This document shows, in pieces, positions 59,659 through 64,000 of a DNA stretch of 64,000 bases (position 1 is its first letter; each line of letters starts with the position of its first letter). The translations under genes and the position numbers were made by a program. Below the pieces are notes generated by a model. That model searched no databases and was not told where the DNA came from. It saw only the letters and a list, made by a program, of their open reading frames with translations. The stretch spans positions 5,270,001 through 5,334,000 of the forward strand of contig OZ024749.1 in assembly GCA_964016885.1 (NCBI GenBank), in the 5' to 3' direction. This stretch comes from Eledone cirrhosa (Eukaryota).

Positions 59659-59694
59659 TCTCCTGATGAAGGACTAGCGTCTGAAACGTTAAGA
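59659..59694 (+). ncRNA. Hammerhead-like motif; relative at 38049-38076 (-)
   Basis: CTGATGA a ggac tagc gtct GAAA cg TT; AACGTT palindrome; weak stem I. Downstream tail is shared with ~21955-22045 and ~37960-38045. Confidence 0.55.
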
Positions 59695-59778
59695 CCCTCT
59701 TCCTGCTATATCAAGCGTTAACCTAATATATGCCTTCCAAATACTGCACCGATTGTGTTGTTAATTCTGTCACCTTCT

Positions 59779-59827
<49 letters not shown>

Positions 59828-60092
59828 ATATATATATGGTAGTTACCACAATTCCGGTTTGTATTTATTTTCTTGATTTATTCTTAAATTGAGTTAGTAT
59901 CGTTTTTACTCTACCGAATCTGGTCCCTTACGATTTGAACACATACTGTCTATGTATATAGCTGTGTTATTCTCTCTTTTATATTCTATTATAATATACG
60001 GCTATTTAATTGTAAGGGACTATTTTGAGTTTCTAACTAAATATATTATGGAATACTGTTGGCTTTTTGCTACAATGTTTTCTATACCTTTC

Positions 60093-60151
<59 letters not shown>

Positions 60152-60154
<3 letters not shown>

Positions 60155-61080
60155 CGTTTCTGAATTTGTTTAGCAAAATTCTTTATCTGAAATCGTGTGT
60201 TGAAACCGATATTGTTATACTTTGGGAGGGTCATGTTGCCAATAAGAAACACACGCACCAGTTGCGTCACTTCAATTTATTATAATAAATTTATAATAAA
60301 TTTATAAATTTATAAATTTTTGGTTGGTTGGTTGGTTACACAACCAAATAGTTGTTTATATATTGACATAGTTCTTTCGTCACACACTCTGTGACCTCTT
60401 CAGTGACTGGGGATTCGTTTCTTTGTTTTTGTGCCTCTCCTTTGTTCTGTCCTACGCCATTTTGTTTCTGTGTGTGTGTTTTGTGTGCTCAGTCTGCGCA
60501 TGCGCCACATCCGGGTGTCTGAGTGTGTTTATGTTCATTTGTTTATTTGTTTATTTACATGTTACTGGTTGGTTGTTTGTTCTATGTGTGTGCGTGTTTT
60601 CATTTTGTCCTTAATTGTAAGTTGTGATGTTGCTGTTCCACTCATATTTTCTATTTAATTTTGGTTGTAATTATTTTATGTTTATTGCCTCTGTGAGGCT
60701 TTCTGCCTGGCTGCCTGGCTTTCTGTCTTGCAGGTACGATGGCTGCTTTGAAGACTGTGGCCCTGTTGATGACAATCCCACTGGTCGGTTGATATAATGG
60801 TGGTTGGATGGCTTCCCGGATACGTTGGCTGATCCTCAGTCAGCTGGCAACTGGCTGCTTGCCTGTCTTGATGGTGGGTTTAATACATTGTTGGCGGAGG
60901 TGATACTTCTGCTGTCCTTGGACCGAGGACCACCTCCCTACTCACCACCATCGGCACAGAGTTGGCTATCCGCACGTGTCAGCCTTTTGAGCTTGAATGG
61001 TTCTTCCAGCGCATCTTTTACAGTATTTGAAAGAATGTTATACATAAGATTTCTCACTTCACAACCGAAATTGGTCTGAC
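60152..61080 (-). mobile_element. Degraded PLE 3' part related to the 44609 terminus; another fragment at 22930-23236
   Basis: Shares gaaatcgtgtgt(t/c)gaaac..gatattgttatact(t)gggagggtcat with 44640-44690. Frameshifted GIY-YIG-like CEVRNLMYNI..GRT..RI at 60950-61075. Confidence 0.5.
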
Positions 61081-61149
61081 AAGATGATTGATGGGTAACA
61101 TGTTGGCTGTTTTCGTCGCTGGATTGTTGACTGGCATGATGGCTATTTA

Positions 61150-62210
61150 ATTGGTTTGATCGTTAGCTGGTGGGATGGATGGGTATTGGATTGATGGCTG
61201 GTTAGCTTGTTGAAATGATGGCTGCCTTGATGGTTGAGTCACTTGATGGCTTACTTGATGGCTTACAGTCTGGTATAATGATGTGTTAACTGGCTGGCAG
61301 ATTGGTTGTTGGCTTGCTGGTTGGTTGGTTGGTTGGTTTGGAGGTTGGCTTGATGGTGGCTGGTTGGCAGGCTGGTTGGCTGGTTGGCAGATTGTCTGGA
61401 TGGTCGGTTGGCAGGTTGGCTGGATGGTTGGCAGATTGTTTGGATGGTTCATTGGGCGGCTGGCTGGCTCGTTGCCTGGCTGGTTGGCAGATTGTCTGAA
61501 TGGCTGGCTGGTTGGCAGGTTGGTTGGCTGGTTGGTTGGCAGGTTGGTTTGTTGGTTGCCTGGCTGGTTGGCAGGTTGTCTGAATGGCTGGTTGGCAGGT
61601 TGGCTGGCTGGTTGGCAGGTTGGTTGGCTGGTTGGTTGGCAGGTTGGTTTGTTGGTTGCCTGGTTGGTTGGCAGATTGTCTGAATGGCTGGTTGGCAGGT
61701 TGGCTGGCAGGTTGGCAGGTTGGCTGGCTGGTTTGTTTGGTTGTTGTTGGAACATGTTGAAAAGGTTTATGTTGCAATGTGTTTCAATTACATTGTTACG
61801 CCTTTCAGTCTTTCTAAACAACAACAACAGCAACATCAAACACAGTCACAGAAAAAAGCACACATACACACACACACACACGCACAAGGTCACAAACAAA
61901 AACACGCACACGCACACACATAGTCACACAGTCACATACACAGAGCCACAAACATACATCCACACATACACGTTCCCACACACACACAGTAAAAACACAC
62001 ACAGCCACACAGCCACGCACACACACAAAGACACACGCAGCCACACGGCCACACAGACAAAGTCATACGCAAACACAAAGTCACAAACAGCCACATATGC
62101 ACTCACACACACATACACACACATACAAACACGCACAAGACACACTCAGTCACATAACCACACATACACACGCACTACAATCACACACACAGACACACAC
62201 ACACACACAC
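61150..62210. repeat. (TGGT/TGGC)n-derived repeat followed by CA-rich repeat
   Basis: Directly visible. Confidence 0.9.
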
Positions 62211-62358
62211 ACAACTTCTGTAATCTGTGCTACAGTAGCCAACATGAAACTCAGGAAGTATTCGATAAATATTATGAAGAAATAATGAAAGAATGGAAGA
62301 ATAAAGGAGCATATAATGACAGAAGGAAAAGAATAATATACTTATATATATATGTATA

Positions 62359-62431
<73 letters not shown>

Positions 62432-62698
62432 CAAACGTATGAAAGAACGAGTGAATGACGGAATGAAAGAATACATAAATTCATGAATGAAACTGTGAAT
62501 AAAAGGTGGTCGTGCAGTAACTTGCAGGAAGTGTTTAAGGGAAACTCTTAAATGGCGGCATAGAAATATTAGCTTTAAATATATGAAAGAAGCATGACTA
62601 AGGTGATTACCTGTCAATGTAAAGGTGGCAGAAATCACATAGATTAACGTGTATTGTACCTGGTTATATAGGTAAATAAATGGTTCGATCAATCGGTT

Positions 62699-62699
<1 letters not shown>

Positions 62700-62734
<35 letters not shown>

Positions 62735-63076
62735 TGTGTGTGTGTGTATGTGTGTGTGTATATATATTCATGTGTTTATATGCATATATATGTGGATATG
62801 TGTATATATGCGTGTATATATATATATATGTATATATATGTATATATATATATATATGTGTATATATGCGTGTATATATATGTATATATACGTATATATA
62901 TATATATGTGTATATATGCGTATATATATATATGTGTATATATGCGTATATATATATATGTGTATATATGCGTATATATATATATGTGTATATATGCGTA
63001 TGTATATATATATGTGTGTATATATGTGTATATATGCGTATATATATATATATATGTATATGTGTATATATATATA

Positions 63077-63109
<33 letters not shown>

Positions 63110-63151
63110 GTGTATATATATATATATGTATATGTGTATATATATATGTAT

Positions 63152-63216
<65 letters not shown>

Positions 63217-63362
63217 CGTGTATATATATATATATGTATATATGCGTGTATATATATATATATGTATATATGCGTGTATATATATATATATGTATATATG
63301 TGTATATATATATATATGTATATATGCGTATATATATATATGTGTATATATGTATATATGCG

Positions 63363-63393
<31 letters not shown>

Positions 63394-63420
63394 GTTTACA
63401 TACATATATATGTATATATT
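62700..63420. repeat. (TA)n/(TG) compound tract
   Basis: Directly visible. Confidence 0.95.
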
Positions 63421-64000
63421 CGTGTTCTCGTACATACATGGTTATGTATCTTTATACAAATGCGCAAACACGCTATCTTAAATATAACGTCTATTAAATT
63501 ATATGGAAGACTTTGATATATGTATAATAATGTTTTCCTGTTTACGTATATGCGTGAATATTCGTGTATATGTATGAAAAATATTCACCTTGTGTAAAAG
63601 GAAGCACATAACCCAATATGGTGTGGCCATCAAGGCCAATTATGCAAATAGCCTTTAATTTAATTTTATTTTGTTTTTATTTATTTTATTTTATTTTTCA
63701 AGAAGGCAAAGAGTAATATGGAAAATAATTAGCTGCAATGTCTAGCAAGGTGAGCGACCATGAATAGGATCAATAGTAGGGTAGTTGATCTCACATATGC
63801 TATAATTTAGTCTAGTTGATCATATATAGTCTATATCCTATATATTAGCAGGGGGAAGGACTCCTCGTGTGGTAGATATAGGCCATATTATATGACAGTA
63901 TAGTATTTGTGTAGTTAGGTGGATTAGTGGATAGTTTGTCCGGCTCCAGTTCGTAGGATCATGAGTTTGATTTTCGGACCGGGCAGTGGTCCGAAATGAA

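Noticed and set aside
60946-61075. Possible minus-strand host exon (CAG..GTGAGT, open frame)
   Set aside because: Better explained as a frameshifted GIY-YIG remnant adjoining a PLE-type 3' region; no partner exons found.
61147-62458. Gln/Pro/Asn-rich and Trp/Leu/Gly-rich ORFs
   Set aside because: Products of (TGGT/TGGC)n and (CA)n repeats, open in several frames.
63900-63990. tRNA gene candidate (A/B-box-like)
   Set aside because: No cloverleaf; looks like a decayed SINE head, as do the other A/B boxes in the window.

Overview
Eukaryotic, very AT- and microsatellite-rich non-coding DNA; the SINE families and (TA)n load suggest an invertebrate, most likely an octopus or other coleoid (inference). 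No host protein-coding gene is supported, and nearly all ORFs in the track are microsatellite artefacts. Supported features: (1) a 5'-truncated Tx1/L1-clade LINE with an uninterrupted ORF2 (32448-37375, -) inside a (GATA)/(TA) compound microsatellite; (2) a Penelope-like element (PLE; RT + GIY-YIG) arranged as a 4.2-kb inverted structure (44609-48808); (3) a 38-bp minisatellite (~28966-31120) that appears to have grown out of a SINE; (4) many tRNA-derived SINEs, RTE derivatives and a mariner relic. The main hidden signal is that the short 'unique' islands between (TA)n tracts are mostly fold-back or tandem modules carrying type-I hammerhead ribozyme (HHR) motifs. By eye I count about 20 intact or decayed motifs from roughly 10 unrelated families. 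Many have a palindromic stem III and a T-T mismatch opening stem II, and they read toward a (TA)n tract. One is a 560-bp tandem retrozyme-like unit (54680-55991). All structures were read by eye; no folding or database search was run.
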